From Candidatus Latescibacterota bacterium (lineage in GTDB: Bacteria > Krumholzibacteriota > Krumholzibacteriia > WVZY01), in contig CAWBQK010000017.1 of NCBI GenBank assembly GCA_963791045.1, positions 64,001 to 128,000 of the forward strand: 64,000 nucleotides of DNA, in the 5' to 3' direction. Made by a program: the position numbers and the translations under genes. Shown in pieces: positions 28,402-39,475 of the stretch (the first letter of the stretch is position 1; each line of letters opens with the position of its first letter). Below the pieces are notes generated by a model, which saw only the letters and a program-made list of their open reading frames with translations, had not been told where the DNA came from and searched no databases.

Positions 28402-29430
28402 ATGAAAGCAATGGTGTTGAAAGAGCTATGCGCGATCGAAGAGAACCACACGCCGCTTGTGTTGATGGATATGCCCGACCCGACACCCGGCGAGGACGAC
28501 ATCCTGGTGCGCGTAACAGCGTGCGGCGTTTGTCACACCGAACTCGATGAAATCGAAGGGCGAACTCCGCCGCCGCAGCTGCCGGTGGTGCTCGGACACC
28601 AGGTCGTTGGCGTTGTCGAAGAGACGGCGCTCGGCGGCAGTCAATTTGAAACCGGTGATCGCGTGGGTATAGCCTGGGTCTACTCGGCGTGCGGAAAATG
28701 CAACTACTGCCTCACCGGTAACGAAAACCTCTGTCATGATTTCAAAGCGACGGGCAGGGACAGAGACGGGGGCTATGCGGAATTTATCGCCGTCCCCGAA
28801 AAGTTTGCCTATCGAATTCCCGACGTATATTCGGACACCGATGCGGCTCCGCTTTTGTGCGCCGGTGCGATCGGTTACCGATCCCTGCGGCTCACGGGCC
28901 TGGAAGACGGACAAAAGCTTGGGCTTACTGGTTTCGGAGCGTCCGCCCATCTCGTTCTCAAGATGGTCCGGCACAAGTATCCGTACACGGATGTTTATGT
29001 GTTCGCTAGAAGCGAGCCGGAGCGTGAGTTCGCGAAGGAACTCGGCGCCGTTTGGGCGGGCGACACCGCCGACAGGGCGCCGGACAAACTCGACTGCATA
29101 ATCGATACGACGCCCGCCTGGAAACCGATCGTCGAAGCGCTCGAAAATTTGGACGCCGGTGGTCGGCTGGTGATCAATGCGATCAGGAAAGAAGACAGGG
29201 ACAAGTCCGATCTCGCCAGGATTGATTACACGCGCCACCTGTGGATGGAAAAGGAAATCAAGAGCGTGGCAAATGTGAGCCGACGCGACGTGACGGAGTT
29301 TCTCGAGCTGGCCGCGGAAATACCCATAATACCCGAGACTGAAAAGTTCGCGCTCGAGGATGCGAACCGGGCGCTTGTCGAACTCAAGCAAAGGAAAATA
29401 CGGGGGGCGAAGGTTCTGGTGATTGGTTGA
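28402..29430 (+). CDS. Zinc-binding alcohol dehydrogenase family protein
   Basis: CGVCHTELD, GHQVVG, CGKCNYC...ENLC, APLLCAGAIGYRSL and GFGASAH. Confidence 0.92.
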   Translation: MKAMVLKELCAIEENHTPLVLMDMPDPTPGEDDILVRVTACGVCHTELDEIEGRTPPPQLPVVLGHQVVGVVEETALGGSQFETGDRVGIAWVYSACGKCNYCLTGNENLCHDFKATGRDRDGGYAEFIAVPEKFAYRIPDVYSDTDAAPLLCAGAIGYRSLRLTGLEDGQKLGLTGFGASAHLVLKMVRHKYPYTDVYVFARSEPEREFAKELGAVWAGDTADRAPDKLDCIIDTTPAWKPIVEALENLDAGGRLVINAIRKEDRDKSDLARIDYTRHLWMEKEIKSVANVSRRDVTEFLELAAEIPIIPETEKFALEDANRALVELKQRKIRGAKVLVIG

Positions 29431-29463
29431 CGTCAAGTCACGTTCTTTTGTGGAAGGGGCGGT

Positions 29464-30330
29464 GTGGAAGATACAAAACAATCGTCAGGCGGTCTCCGCT
29501 ACATGCTGGCGGCGGCGTTTTTTTTTAGTTTGATGAGCGTGATCGTCAAAATCGCGGGGCGGCGGCTTCCGACGGCAGAGATCGTTTTTGCCCGAAGTGT
29601 CGTCATGCTCGCGATATCGTTTGTGATGGTTCGCCGCCTGGGGCTTCCGTTGTGGGGGAATAGAAAGGCTCTGCTGATACTCCGGGGTGTATCCGGGTTT
29701 GGCGCGCTTTTTTGTTTCTTTTATGCGATAACGAAACTGCCGCTTGCCGATATCACCGTTATTCATTTTACCAACCCTGCTTTTACGGCCGTTTTCGCGG
29801 CCATCTTTCTCAAGGAATCGATGCGTCCGCTGGAAGTGTTGGGACTTTTAATCTGTCTCACCGGCGTAATCCTGGTCGCGCAACCTGACTTTATCTTTGG
29901 GGAGAACGCGAGGAGCCTGGATTTGTTCGCGGTCGGCGTGGGGATAACCGCATCGGTATTGTCTTCGATCGCGTACACAACAGTGCGCAAGCTCGGGGAA
30001 TCCGAACACCACATGGTTGTGATCTTCTATTTTCCGTTGATTTCCGTGGGGGCGGTGATTCCGTTCATGATGGGCGGGATGCTCACCCCGACACCGGTCG
30101 AGTGGCTGCTGTTGCTCGGTGTCGGCATCGTGACCCTCATCGCCCAGGTATTCCTGACGAAGGGGCTTTACAGGGAACGGGCCGGCCGGGCGATGTCCGT
30201 CAGTTACGTGCAAGTGATATTCGCGGCCGTGTGGGGAATTCTTTTCTTTAACGAGTCACCCAACTCGATTGCAGTGGCGGGTGCGCTCTTGATATTCGGA
30301 GGGACTTTGTTCGTGGCGCGGAGATCTTGA
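29464..30330 (+). CDS. DMT/EamA family transporter
   Basis: Ten TM helices in two EamA repeats (LILRG...P.F...A..FLKE). Confidence 0.9.
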   Translation: MEDTKQSSGGLRYMLAAAFFFSLMSVIVKIAGRRLPTAEIVFARSVVMLAISFVMVRRLGLPLWGNRKALLILRGVSGFGALFCFFYAITKLPLADITVIHFTNPAFTAVFAAIFLKESMRPLEVLGLLICLTGVILVAQPDFIFGENARSLDLFAVGVGITASVLSSIAYTTVRKLGESEHHMVVIFYFPLISVGAVIPFMMGGMLTPTPVEWLLLLGVGIVTLIAQVFLTKGLYRERAGRAMSVSYVQVIFAAVWGILFFNESPNSIAVAGALLIFGGTLFVARRS

Positions 30331-30426
30331 GACCGTCGTGGTGGTTTTCACTCTTATGCCTTGAAGAAAAGGGAAAATAGAGTGATAATGTCTACCGCGG
30401 AAAAGCCCTTTTGGAGGTAATTATAC

Positions 30427-32419
30427 ATGAGGTTCGAGTTTAAGCCATTTGGTGAGATGACGCCGGAGGACTACGACAAGATAGGCCTCAAGGCCGGTCT
30501 GGAAATCCACCAGCAACTCCTCACTGAGAAAAAGCTGTTTTGCCGTTGTCCGGCCGGCCACTACAGCAACGAGTACGACGCCGAGATACTCCGTCACATG
30601 CGCCCCACGCTATCGGAACTGGGCGAGTACGACGGGACGGCGCTCATGGAATTCAAGACAAAAAAAGAAATCATCTACCGAATCAAAAGCGAGACCGTTT
30701 GTACATACGAGATGGATGATACGCCCCCGTTTATGATCAACGAGCAGGCGCTTGATATCGCTGTTGAAGTCGCGCTCCTTCTCAATTTGAATTTGGTAAA
30801 TGAACTCCATATTGCCCGCAAACAATATCTCGACGGGAGCATCCCGACCGGTTTCCAGCGCACAACCATCCTTGGCGTCGATGGATGGATTCCGTACAAA
30901 GACAGAAAAATCGGGATCACTCAACTGGGTTTGAAGAGGACGCGTGCAGGGAAGTGTCTGATATCGGTCATGAGCGGATTTACCTGACGGATCGGCTCGG
31001 AATGCCGTTGATCGAACCGGTAACACAACCGGATATGCGAACACCCCAGGAAGTGGCGGAAGTCGGCGAAGATGTTGCGCAAACTCGTGAGGGCGACGGG
31101 CAAGGTTCGGACCGGTCATGGCGCCGGCCGGGAAGATGTCAATGTGAGATATGGAGGGTGGCCGAAGAGTCGAGATCAAGGGCGTCCCGAGCCTCGTCCG
31201 CGTGCCGTTCTTGATATACAACGAGGCGATGCGGCAGTGGAATCTTTTGAGGATCCGCGACATCCTTGCCGACCGCGGGATCACGACGGAGACATTTTCC
31301 TCCGCGAGTGAAAACGTTACGCGGGCGTTGTCCGGTGTTCAGTACGCGCCGATTGAACTGGCGCTGGAACGCGGCGAGGAAGCTTTTTGTGTCAAGCTCG
31401 AAGGGTACGCCGGAATACTGAACGAGAAGACGCAGACCGACACAACGTTCGCCAAAGAAATTTCGGACAGAATCCGGGTCATCGCCTGTTTGACGAGTTT
31501 GCCGAATATGGCCCATTCGGGTTTGGCGTCCGAAACGCTGGCGCCACCGCGGCCTGGAAAAAAATCCGGCAAAAGGTTCGTGCAACGGAACGCGATGCGG
31601 TCGTTCTGGTGTGGGGCCATCGGGTCGATGCCGAGTGCGCCTGTTTGGAGATCGTGTCGAGGGCGAAAGAGGCTCTCGAAGGTGTCCCAAGCGAGACCCG
31701 GCAAGCTCTCACCGATGGCACCAACGGGTTCGAACGGATTCTCCCCGGTCCGGACGGATGTATCCGGATACGGATCTCCCCCCGATGGCGCTCAGCAGTG
31801 AGCGCGTGGAAAAAGCGAGGGCATGCATGCCCAAACCACCGTGGGAGAGGGGTGTCAAAGTTACGAGTCGCGATTGGGCTTCCCGACGACATGATGGAAA
31901 CGTTGACGTGTCGCCGAGGGCCGTTTGTTCGATCGATTGACGAACGGACCTTGATGTGGCACGCCGGTTCTACCGCGGCCATGTTTAGCCAACACGCCAA
32001 GTCGCTCGAGCGGCAGGGCCTGAATCTTGGCCGGCTCTCCGATGAAGTGATATTCGGTGTATTCGAAGCGTACACCGAGGGCAGAATTTCGCGCGAGGGG
32101 ATTCTCCATGTCGTCCGGCATCTTCTCGAAGGTCGGAGGGGATGGTCGCCGGAAAGCAATCCATCGCGTATCGGGCAATGCCGAAGCGCTGATTCAAGGC
32201 CGCCATTTGACGACCTCGAGATTGACTGCCGATGTCGCAGGATGAGGCGAGACCGATTCGTGATCGAATATCGTCGAGCGGAGCGATCCCCGGTGGTCTC
32301 GATAACCGATGTAATAAGAGACACAAATATCTGATGGGGTTTTCATGGAGCAGTTCCTGGGCCGAATCGATGGCAAGATGGTTTCAGGGATGCTCGACGA
32401 GATTCTCGGTGCCGCATAG
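30427..32419 (+). CDS. gatE: Glu-tRNA(Gln) amidotransferase subunit E (archaeal type), multiple frameshifts
   Basis: GLKAGLEIHQQL..KKLFCRCP, RPTLSELGEYD, MDDTPP, RKQYLDGSIPTGFQRT, EEDACR, DRLGMPLIE, RVEIKGV, GVPSETR and RMYPDTDLPP spread over successive frames. The 3' end is approximate. Confidence 0.88.
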
Positions 32420-32486
32420 CGGTGTACAGGAAGCCACCGGGAAAGAAGACAAACACAGTGATCGAGGACAAATCGAACTTAACGAA

Positions 32487-33875
32487 ATGAACAAAACAAC
32501 ACACAAAGGATACAGTGGAAGGGGGCTGGCCGTGTTGAAAGAACACGGCGTAACGGTGTGGAGCGACGTGAAGGTACCGGGAAGAGCGGGCGAATTCCGC
32601 GGAATCATCCTGCCCAGATCTGAAACAGCGGATGCAAACCACATCGTTTTGAAGCTCAACAACGGCTACAATATCGGTCTTGATGCGGGTCCATCTATCG
32701 ATGGAAGAGAAAGGGAGACGGGAGGCGCACTACAAAATTCCTGAGAAAGAATTTCCCTTCGATCCCGGCAAAACCCAACGTGAAACTATTCGGGACGGGC
32801 GGTACGATCGCCAGCCGACTCGACTATCGGACGGGCGCGGTGATCCCCGCGTTTTCTCCGGGTGAATTGTATGGATCCGTTCCCGAACTTGCCGACATCT
32901 GCAATCTCGATACCGAAAAACTTTATGGCGTATTCAGTGAGAATATGGGACCCGGAGCAGTACATAGCGACGGCCAAGCGAATCGGCGAGGAAATCGAAA
33001 AAGGAACGGCCGGTATCGTGATCGGGCACGGCACCGATACGATGCACCACACGGCTGCAATATTGAGTTTTATGGTCCAGGACTCGCCGGTACCAATCGT
33101 GATGGTTGGGTCGCAGCGGTCGTCCGACCGTCCGTCGTCCGACGCGGCGATCAATTTGATCAACTCGGTAAAAGCGGCGGCCGAAGGCGATATTGCCGAG
33201 GTCATGGTCTGCATGTTTGGCCCGACATCCGATCAATACGGACTTCTTCACCGTGGAACCCGAGTGCGAAAAATGCATTCGAGCTACAGATCCACATTCA
33301 GAACCATCGGCGACATCCCGCTCGCGATGATCAGCCAGAAAAAGGGATTGATTCCTCTGAGGGATGACGTCAAGCGGCGCCGGTCGGACCGGAATGTGAA
33401 GATCAACACCGCGTTCGAGGAAAAAGTGACGATCTTGTACTACTATCCCAATATGCTGCCCGATATCGTTGACGCGTGTGTCGATAATGACTACAAGGGA
33501 ATCGTGATTGCGGGCACCGGACTGGGACATGTTAACAAACCGCTGTATCCGGCGCTCGAGCGGGCCGTCAAAAAAGGCGTACATATATACATGACCGTGC
33601 AGACGCTGTGGGGATACGTTCAGATGTATGTTTACGAAACCGGCCGTGAAATTATGCAACTCGGGGTCGTGCCCGGGTGCAATTTGTTGCCGGAAGTCGC
33701 GTACATGAAGCTCTGTTGGGCGCTCGGCCAGTCGGATGATCGTGATGAGGTTGCCGACATCATGCTGACGCCGGTGAACGGTGAGATCACCGAACGAGAG
33801 CCGTATAACGGGTATCTGATTTATCAGGGCGCGATCCCGGAAGTGCAGGAGTTTCTCAAGACTGTGAAACGATGA
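32487..33875 (+). CDS. gatD: Glu-tRNA(Gln) amidotransferase subunit D (asparaginase-like glutaminase), 2-3 frameshifts
   Basis: GatD-specific N-terminal domain (IVLKLNNGYNIG), TGGTIASRLDYRTGAV, HGTDTM, GSQRSSDRPSSD, RVRKMHSSYR, GTGLGHV and LPEVAYMKLCWALGQ. Confidence 0.92.
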
Positions 33876-33938
33876 GTTGTTCGATGTCAATCCCGGTCGT
33901 TCCGAAGCGGAACGACAACAGTTGAGGTTCAGATGTTT

Positions 33939-33972
33939 ACGGCCCGCTCAAGAAGAAACGGGCCGTTTTGTT
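33939..33972 (+). terminator. Intrinsic terminator after gatD
   Basis: ACGGCCCG...CGGGCCGT stem followed by TTTGTTTGTGTTTT. Confidence 0.6.
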
Positions 33973-33994
33973 TGTGTTTTAGAGGAGGTTTTCG

Positions 33995-34621
33995 ATGAAG
34001 ACGCTGATGTTGATTATCTTGTGCCTGGGTATTGCACTGCCCGCGGTTGCCGATGACATGATGGATGAAATTGTTGCCGAACGCGATGGCAGAAAGGCTT
34101 TACTTTTTAATTTCAACGGACTGAATTTGTCTTCGTTCGAAGGTGGAATCGGCACGAAGTGGTGGTTGTCGGGGTCAACGGCAATGGTTGGCAACCTGAT
34201 CCTGGCAAACCGCGGAACGCAGACGGATGCCAATGAGGATCGGTCGGGCCGCGAATCCACGGATTTGACAATTGGCGCCGCACTTGGCGTCGAGAAACAC
34301 CTCGCGCATTTTGGAAGATTCTCGCCTTATTTCGGCGTGAATCTGGGGTACAGGTATTCTTATTATCTGACGGAGAGCACGCCGCCAACAGGCGTGGAAC
34401 GTCGGACGCTCACAAACAAAAGAGAATCCAATGGTGTATCGCTTGGGATCGTGTTCGGTGTGGAATGTTTTGTCACGAAGCACGTCTCCGTTGGCGGACA
34501 ATACAAGCTCGCGGCGGAATACGCCGCCGGGCAAGAGGAATATAACGGGAATGTCCAGGACTTCACCGAACACAGGCTTGGCATAGGATCGTCTTATGTC
34601 AGTCTTGCAATCTATTTCTAG
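33995..34621 (+). CDS. Outer-membrane beta-barrel protein
   Basis: Signal peptide, alternating beta strands, C-terminal LAIYF. Confidence 0.75.
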   Translation: MKTLMLIILCLGIALPAVADDMMDEIVAERDGRKALLFNFNGLNLSSFEGGIGTKWWLSGSTAMVGNLILANRGTQTDANEDRSGRESTDLTIGAALGVEKHLAHFGRFSPYFGVNLGYRYSYYLTESTPPTGVERRTLTNKRESNGVSLGIVFGVECFVTKHVSVGGQYKLAAEYAAGQEEYNGNVQDFTEHRLGIGSSYVSLAIYF

Positions 34622-34656
34622 GTATTGCGTCAAAAGCAAATCGAAAACAAGAGGAG

Positions 34657-35421
34657 GTGATTAATTTGGGTGAGCCGTTTCTTGACCGATTGTTCTTTGA
34701 GATACACAAAGGCCTCGCCCGGGAAGGACCGGGAAGCGATGCGTGTACGGTTCGGGCGCTCGATATGTGCACGGGTCTGCCGGAGACACCGCGGGTTTTG
34801 GACGTTGGATGCGGGCCGGGCGCGCAGACGATCGCCCTTGCGAGACGCATTGGCGGCACTGTAGTTGCCGTGGATAATCACCCCCCGTTTCTCGGCCAGT
34901 TGGGCGCGCGGGCGGCTACGCTCAAACTCCGGGGCAGGATCACTTCCGTCGAAGGCGATATGAACGAGCTTGATTTCACTGACGAAGAGTTTGATCTCAT
35001 CTGGTCGGAGGGCGCGATATACATCATGGGTTTCGAGAACGGACTTCTATCGTGGAGGCGATTCTTGAAGCCAGGGGGCTACATGGCGGTGTCCGAATTG
35101 ACACGGCTTTCTACCGGCGCGCCGGAACAGGTTCGCGCGTTTTGGGAAGGGGAGTATCCGGCGATCCAGGACATAGAGGGCAATCTGTCTTTGGTTCGCA
35201 GCTCGGGATACGAGAGTTCGGGCGATTTTGTACTGCCCGAGTCGGCATGGTTCGATGAGTACTACAACCCCATCGAGCACAAGATCGCCGAATTGAGATT
35301 GATCCTCGAGAATGATGCGAATGCACAGGGCCTGCTCGACATCCATCAAAAAGAAATCGATATGTACCGGGAGGGCTCCCTGTTTTACGGGTATGTGTTC
35401 TATGTGGCGCGGCTTGTGTGA
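34657..35421 (+). CDS. Class I SAM-dependent methyltransferase
   Basis: REGPGS, VLDVGCGPG, FDLIWSEGAIY and LKPGG. Confidence 0.92.
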   Translation: MINLGEPFLDRLFFEIHKGLAREGPGSDACTVRALDMCTGLPETPRVLDVGCGPGAQTIALARRIGGTVVAVDNHPPFLGQLGARAATLKLRGRITSVEGDMNELDFTDEEFDLIWSEGAIYIMGFENGLLSWRRFLKPGGYMAVSELTRLSTGAPEQVRAFWEGEYPAIQDIEGNLSLVRSSGYESSGDFVLPESAWFDEYYNPIEHKIAELRLILENDANAQGLLDIHQKEIDMYREGSLFYGYVFYVARLV

Positions 35422-35539
35422 CATGTGAAGGAGGCCTTTCGTGAGAAAAATCGGTTCCGTATTCAGTGAGATGCGTTGTAATATGTGATCAGTTGCTCTC
35501 TTCATGTAACGGTGTCCGATATAACAATTCGAGGACGAG

Positions 35540-36199
35540 ATGCTGAGAATAGTCTTTATTATTAGCGTCATCATGGGGGCGCTTGCGCCGACGGGGTCGA
35601 ATGCCCAGACCCCGACGAACAAGACGGGATGGGATTTCCAAAAGCAGAAACACCGGCTCGAATTCACAGTGCTCGGCGGCAATGTATGGACCTCGTCGAG
35701 GGATGTCCGGTTGGGCGAGGCGCAGGGGGAGCTCGACATAGATAAGAGCGCCTTTATCGGAGTTGCGCTCGACGTCAATCTCGCGGAGAAGTATCAACTC
35801 GAGCTTCTGTACAACCGACAGGAAAGTGAATTCATATTCACGTCGTCGGATCAATCACCCGTCGTGGTTCCGATGTCGGTCGAGTATTTTCATATTGGAG
35901 CGATTGGCGGTATTCAAAAGGGAAACGTCTTGCCGTTCACCCAGTTTACATTGGGGGCCACCAGGTTTGCGGTTGACGGCGGCTCCGATCCTGACTGGAA
36001 ATTCTCGATGATGTTGGGAATGGGGGTCAAATTTTACCTGACGAAGTTTCTCGCCTTGAGACTCCAGGGGCGGCTACCATTTACGTTTGTAGGGAGCGAA
36101 TCACAGATCGGATGCGGCCCGCACGGATGTTTCACAATGCTCGGAGGCGTGGGCATCGCGCAGTACGACATCGCTATTGGTCTTGCGCTGCTCTTATAG
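35540..36199 (+). CDS. Outer-membrane beta-barrel protein
   Basis: Signal peptide and an 8-strand OmpA/OmpW-like amphipathic pattern. Confidence 0.7.
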   Translation: MLRIVFIISVIMGALAPTGSNAQTPTNKTGWDFQKQKHRLEFTVLGGNVWTSSRDVRLGEAQGELDIDKSAFIGVALDVNLAEKYQLELLYNRQESEFIFTSSDQSPVVVPMSVEYFHIGAIGGIQKGNVLPFTQFTLGATRFAVDGGSDPDWKFSMMLGMGVKFYLTKFLALRLQGRLPFTFVGSESQIGCGPHGCFTMLGGVGIAQYDIAIGLALLL

Positions 36200-36279
36200 T
36201 CAGCCAGACACATTGCGGCGAGCCTTCGAATCGAAAAAGGCCGAATAAGGAATCCGGCCCGTCGACAAAACTTATATGG

Positions 36280-36312
36280 ACTCCCCGGGCAATTCAGCCG
36301 GGGAGTTTTTAT
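36280..36312 (+). terminator. Intrinsic terminator between convergent genes
   Basis: ACTCCCCGG...CCGGGGAGT stem followed by TTTTATTT. Confidence 0.7.
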
Positions 36313-36732
36313 TTAATCTCCAACAAGAATGGGTGGTGTGAGGAGGGCCTTGGAACCGTACCCCTGGATGGTGTAACCACCGCCCGCCAGATTTGAAATC
36401 CCCATTTCTCCGGGCACGCCCGGCGCGGCGTTCCAAACCACAACGGCGATGGCGTTTGTGAATGGATTGCGGGGGTAGTTCGCCTGGGGCAGCAGGGCGA
36501 GAAGCTGTGCTTCGTCGGCCGGCTGCGGGTACACACCGAGTCGATCCACCGAAAACAACTCCATTCCCGTCTGGATCAGGTGCATGTTTTCGCGTACGAC
36601 GGCGTCTTTTGCCCGGTCCGCGAACTTAAGATAGTTTGGAATTATTATCGCCGCGAGAATGCCGATGATCATGACGACGATGGCAAGTTCGATCATGGTA
36701 AAACCGGCGTTTGAAATCTTTTTCTTTTCCAT
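36313..36732 (-). CDS. Type IV pilin / pseudopilin-like protein
   Basis: Class III signal MEKKKISNAG|FTMIELAIVVMIIGILAAIIIP with Glu at +5. Confidence 0.9.
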   Translation of the reverse strand: MEKKKISNAGFTMIELAIVVMIIGILAAIIIPNYLKFADRAKDAVVRENMHLIQTGMELFSVDRLGVYPQPADEAQLLALLPQANYPRNPFTNAIAVVVWNAAPGVPGEMGISNLAGGGYTIQGYGSKALLTPPILVGD

Positions 36733-36842
36733 TATTTACCGCCAACAGATTCTGGTGTCTATTAAACGCGGTTATGGGTTCACGTTCCTTCGCTCGGCGA
36801 GGAATGGAACACAAAACTTAGATGTACGGCCGCGCAAGTAAG

Positions 36843-36858
36843 TGAAAGAACCGTGCCA
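36843..36858 (-). promoter_or_regulatory. Possible sigma54 (-24/-12) promoter of the pilin gene
   Basis: TGGCACGGTTCTTTCA against consensus TGGCACG-N4-TTGCA. The -12 G is missing. Confidence 0.35.
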
Positions 36859-37258
36859 GAGCTTTTCGAACGTGACCATAGCGTATCTCGTTAATGTACA
36901 GCATGTTGCGATGTGTGCCGAGGAGTGACGGCTCTTTTGGCTCTTGCAAGGCGCTGAACGATTTGCGACGTGCAATATACACCGTGTCCGCCGGGCGCAG
37001 CCAGAGTGTGTCGGTGAATCCAAAACCGAAGAGTCGCAAAGTTGACGCTGCGGGTAACTTGAGGTGTATCAGCGTGTTAATCGGGTGTCCCGGGTGGGGC
37101 TCCGTCGATAGAAGATTGAATCGGTAAGCCAGAGTTGGAGGAGAACGAGTTGGTTCGGAACTTGCGATAACAGCCCGAGCGCCATGTCGGAATTGGCCGC
37201 AAAAGAATTTGTTACACGTCTCCGGCGACGTCATCAGGCGGGCCGTGAGGAGGAGTTT

Positions 37259-37939
37259 ATGAAATCCCCAAAATTCCCGAAAAAACGGTTCATCGTCGAC
37301 ACAATCCAGTACCGGATAATCGGCGTGAGTCTGCTGTATTTCTTCGCCATAATTATGGTTTTCGCGGGAGTGTTGTTTGTTCCGTTGATGTTTCAATTGA
37401 ACGGCGACTCGCTGTCCTCTCCAGCCGTTCAGCAAGCCGCGAATCAATTTCTCGTTCTTCACACGCGTTTGTGGCCGCCCGTTTTGGTTCTTATGGGGCT
37501 GCTGGTGATCCACAATGTCGTGGTTTCTCATCGTATCGCGGGTCCGCTTTTCAGAATCAGAAATGAACTGAAGAAAATCGGAGATGGCAATCTCTTCGTT
37601 CATATAAGACTACGGAACAACGACTATCTGGACAAAGAGGCGGATTCGATAAACCGCATGGTCGACGCCTTGAGAGGGAAGGTCCAGGGTATCGAGGAGA
37701 ATCATAAAAAAGCAAATTCGGTCCTCGTCGATCTTCAACGCGCGGTGATTCGTGGATCGGCCGATGAAATGAATAACAAGATAGACGAGTTGAATATGAC
37801 GCTCGACGCTTTGAGGGGGAATATCGACGAATTCCAGATCCCTCGTAAAACGAAGCGCCCAACGGAGAACACCGTCGAAAAGGAAATGAGTAAAGAGGAT
37901 CAAGAGCCGGTCGGCGCCGGGACTGCCCCGGTCGCCTAG
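37259..37939 (+). CDS. Membrane protein with HAMP domain and coiled coil
   Basis: Two TM helices and SHRIAGPLFRI...IGDGNL...LRNNDYL. ATG at 37259 after GAGGAGGAG. Confidence 0.8.
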   Translation: MKSPKFPKKRFIVDTIQYRIIGVSLLYFFAIIMVFAGVLFVPLMFQLNGDSLSSPAVQQAANQFLVLHTRLWPPVLVLMGLLVIHNVVVSHRIAGPLFRIRNELKKIGDGNLFVHIRLRNNDYLDKEADSINRMVDALRGKVQGIEENHKKANSVLVDLQRAVIRGSADEMNNKIDELNMTLDALRGNIDEFQIPRKTKRPTENTVEKEMSKEDQEPVGAGTAPVA

Positions 37940-37961
37940 CATTCGAATTCAAGCAAAAGAA

Positions 37962-38000
37962 AACAAAAGTCGCCCGTCTCCCCGACGGGCGATTTTTGTT
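37962..38000. terminator. Bidirectional intrinsic terminator
   Basis: AACAAAAGTCGCCCGTC...GACGGGCGATTTTTGTT. Confidence 0.8.
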
Positions 38001-38080
38001 ATGGACCATTTTCACCAACGGTTTGATGTCGATCACCGTGGAACCAAACGCTGGAAAGCGATGCGGGGTGATGCCTCGGG

Positions 38081-39244
38081 TCAGGAAGAGTGGTCGAGAG
38101 CGGATTCTTGACACTGGGGAAGAAAGACGTGATACGAAGTGCCGCGGCCCAGTCTGTTGTGGATTGTGAGCGCTCCACCACATTCCTCGACAATCTTGTT
38201 GACGACGGCGAGATTCAGTGACGCGTCATCGAGATTTGCTTTGTCGGCGGGGTGTGGTGAGAAAATCCGGGCCATGTTGTCCGGATCGAAACCGGCTCCT
38301 GAGTCCGTTATGCGCAGACGCGCCCACCGGCATCGTCCAATCGGCTCGCCGCGTTTGCTTTTGTGCTCGCCGATTTCGATAGACTCGAGGCAGACTTCAA
38401 TGACGCCGCCCGCATGGATCATTGAATCCCTGGCGTTGATGATGAGGTTCATTACAATCTGGTGAATCCGTATAGGATCGATGGAAACAACAATCGATTG
38501 AGGGGCGAGTTCCTGGCGAGCGATGATGCTCACGGGCAACGAAGCGCGTGCGAGCATTACGGCGTCATTGATTATAGGCTGCAACGAATTACGTTCAAGA
38601 GTGTGGGATCGAACATCACCGACATCGACGATTCTTTGAACGGTGCGTCGCGCCGTGTTGACGTCCTCGAAGGCTCTGTCCAGACAGCGCCTTTCGTTTG
38701 TCCGCTCTTCGGTGAAGTCCATCGCGACGCCGACGTTGCGGCCGATTCGGATCAACGAGTCATTGAGATTGTGTGCAAGCCGCACAGCAATCTTTCCGAC
38801 GGTACGCGTGCGGCACAGATCGACCAGTCTCGATTCCAGGGTTTCCCAGTTGGATTGAAGCCGCTTCTGCGTGGAAACGTCTCGGGCGGAAATCACGAAG
38901 TGGTCGACATGGTACTCGCTGGTCAAATGAGCGGTGACGGACAGCTGAACCGGAACATCGCTTTCATTGGCGGTTCGCAAAACAGTCTCGCGACGCATGC
39001 TGACGTTAGAAGGATCCACGAGATTGCCGTCACGAATAAAAGACCCCACCGACCACTCCGGAAAGAAATCATGGATGTGAGATTTGCTAAGAATGTCATT
39101 CTCGGTGAGGCCTGAAAGTCTGTAAGCCGCGGGATTCAAGAAAAGGAGGCGGCCTTCCTTGTCCGCGATTCCGATAAAATCGCCGGACTCACCAACAAGG
39201 TTGGAGAAGGCGCGGTTCAAAAGAGCATTCGGTTGGTTAGTCAT
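38081..39244 (-). CDS. PAS-domain histidine kinase-like protein with a degenerate ATP lid
   Basis: PAS domain, H box (LAHNLND), N box (MNLIINARDS) and G1 (DSGAG). The F/G2 boxes are eroded (IFSPHPADK...DASLNL). Confidence 0.8.
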   Translation of the reverse strand: MTNQPNALLNRAFSNLVGESGDFIGIADKEGRLLFLNPAAYRLSGLTENDILSKSHIHDFFPEWSVGSFIRDGNLVDPSNVSMRRETVLRTANESDVPVQLSVTAHLTSEYHVDHFVISARDVSTQKRLQSNWETLESRLVDLCRTRTVGKIAVRLAHNLNDSLIRIGRNVGVAMDFTEERTNERRCLDRAFEDVNTARRTVQRIVDVGDVRSHTLERNSLQPIINDAVMLARASLPVSIIARQELAPQSIVVSIDPIRIHQIVMNLIINARDSMIHAGGVIEVCLESIEIGEHKSKRGEPIGRCRWARLRITDSGAGFDPDNMARIFSPHPADKANLDDASLNLAVVNKIVEECGGALTIHNRLGRGTSYHVFLPQCQESALDHSS

Positions 39245-39475
39245 CTTTATTTCAAAAAAATCTCCATTAGGCGCGCTTCCAACCGATGCTTCCCCTGGTC
39301 GTAATTAATCTTGGCGGAAGCGCGCCCATGGATTTCCCAAACTGCCAATAGCTCGTTAAACCAGTTTTGCCCACCAGATAAATACACGGTTTACGAACTC
39401 TTGCGTTCGAGACAAAGATGTGACAAACGGAGTCCCCGTACAATAAGGCTATATTGGGTATGGATTGGGTATGCG

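Noticed and set aside
30900-33000. Programmed ribosomal frameshifting or phase variation in gatE/gatD (and glnS)
   Set aside because: There are too many shifts in both directions, without consistent slippery sites. Sequencing error is the simpler explanation.
36860-37250. c-di-GMP-I riboswitch upstream of the pilin or HAMP gene
   Set aside because: Only a fragmentary GCAAAG is present. The GCAAA-stem-GAAA-stem-GACGCAAA arrangement was not found on either strand.
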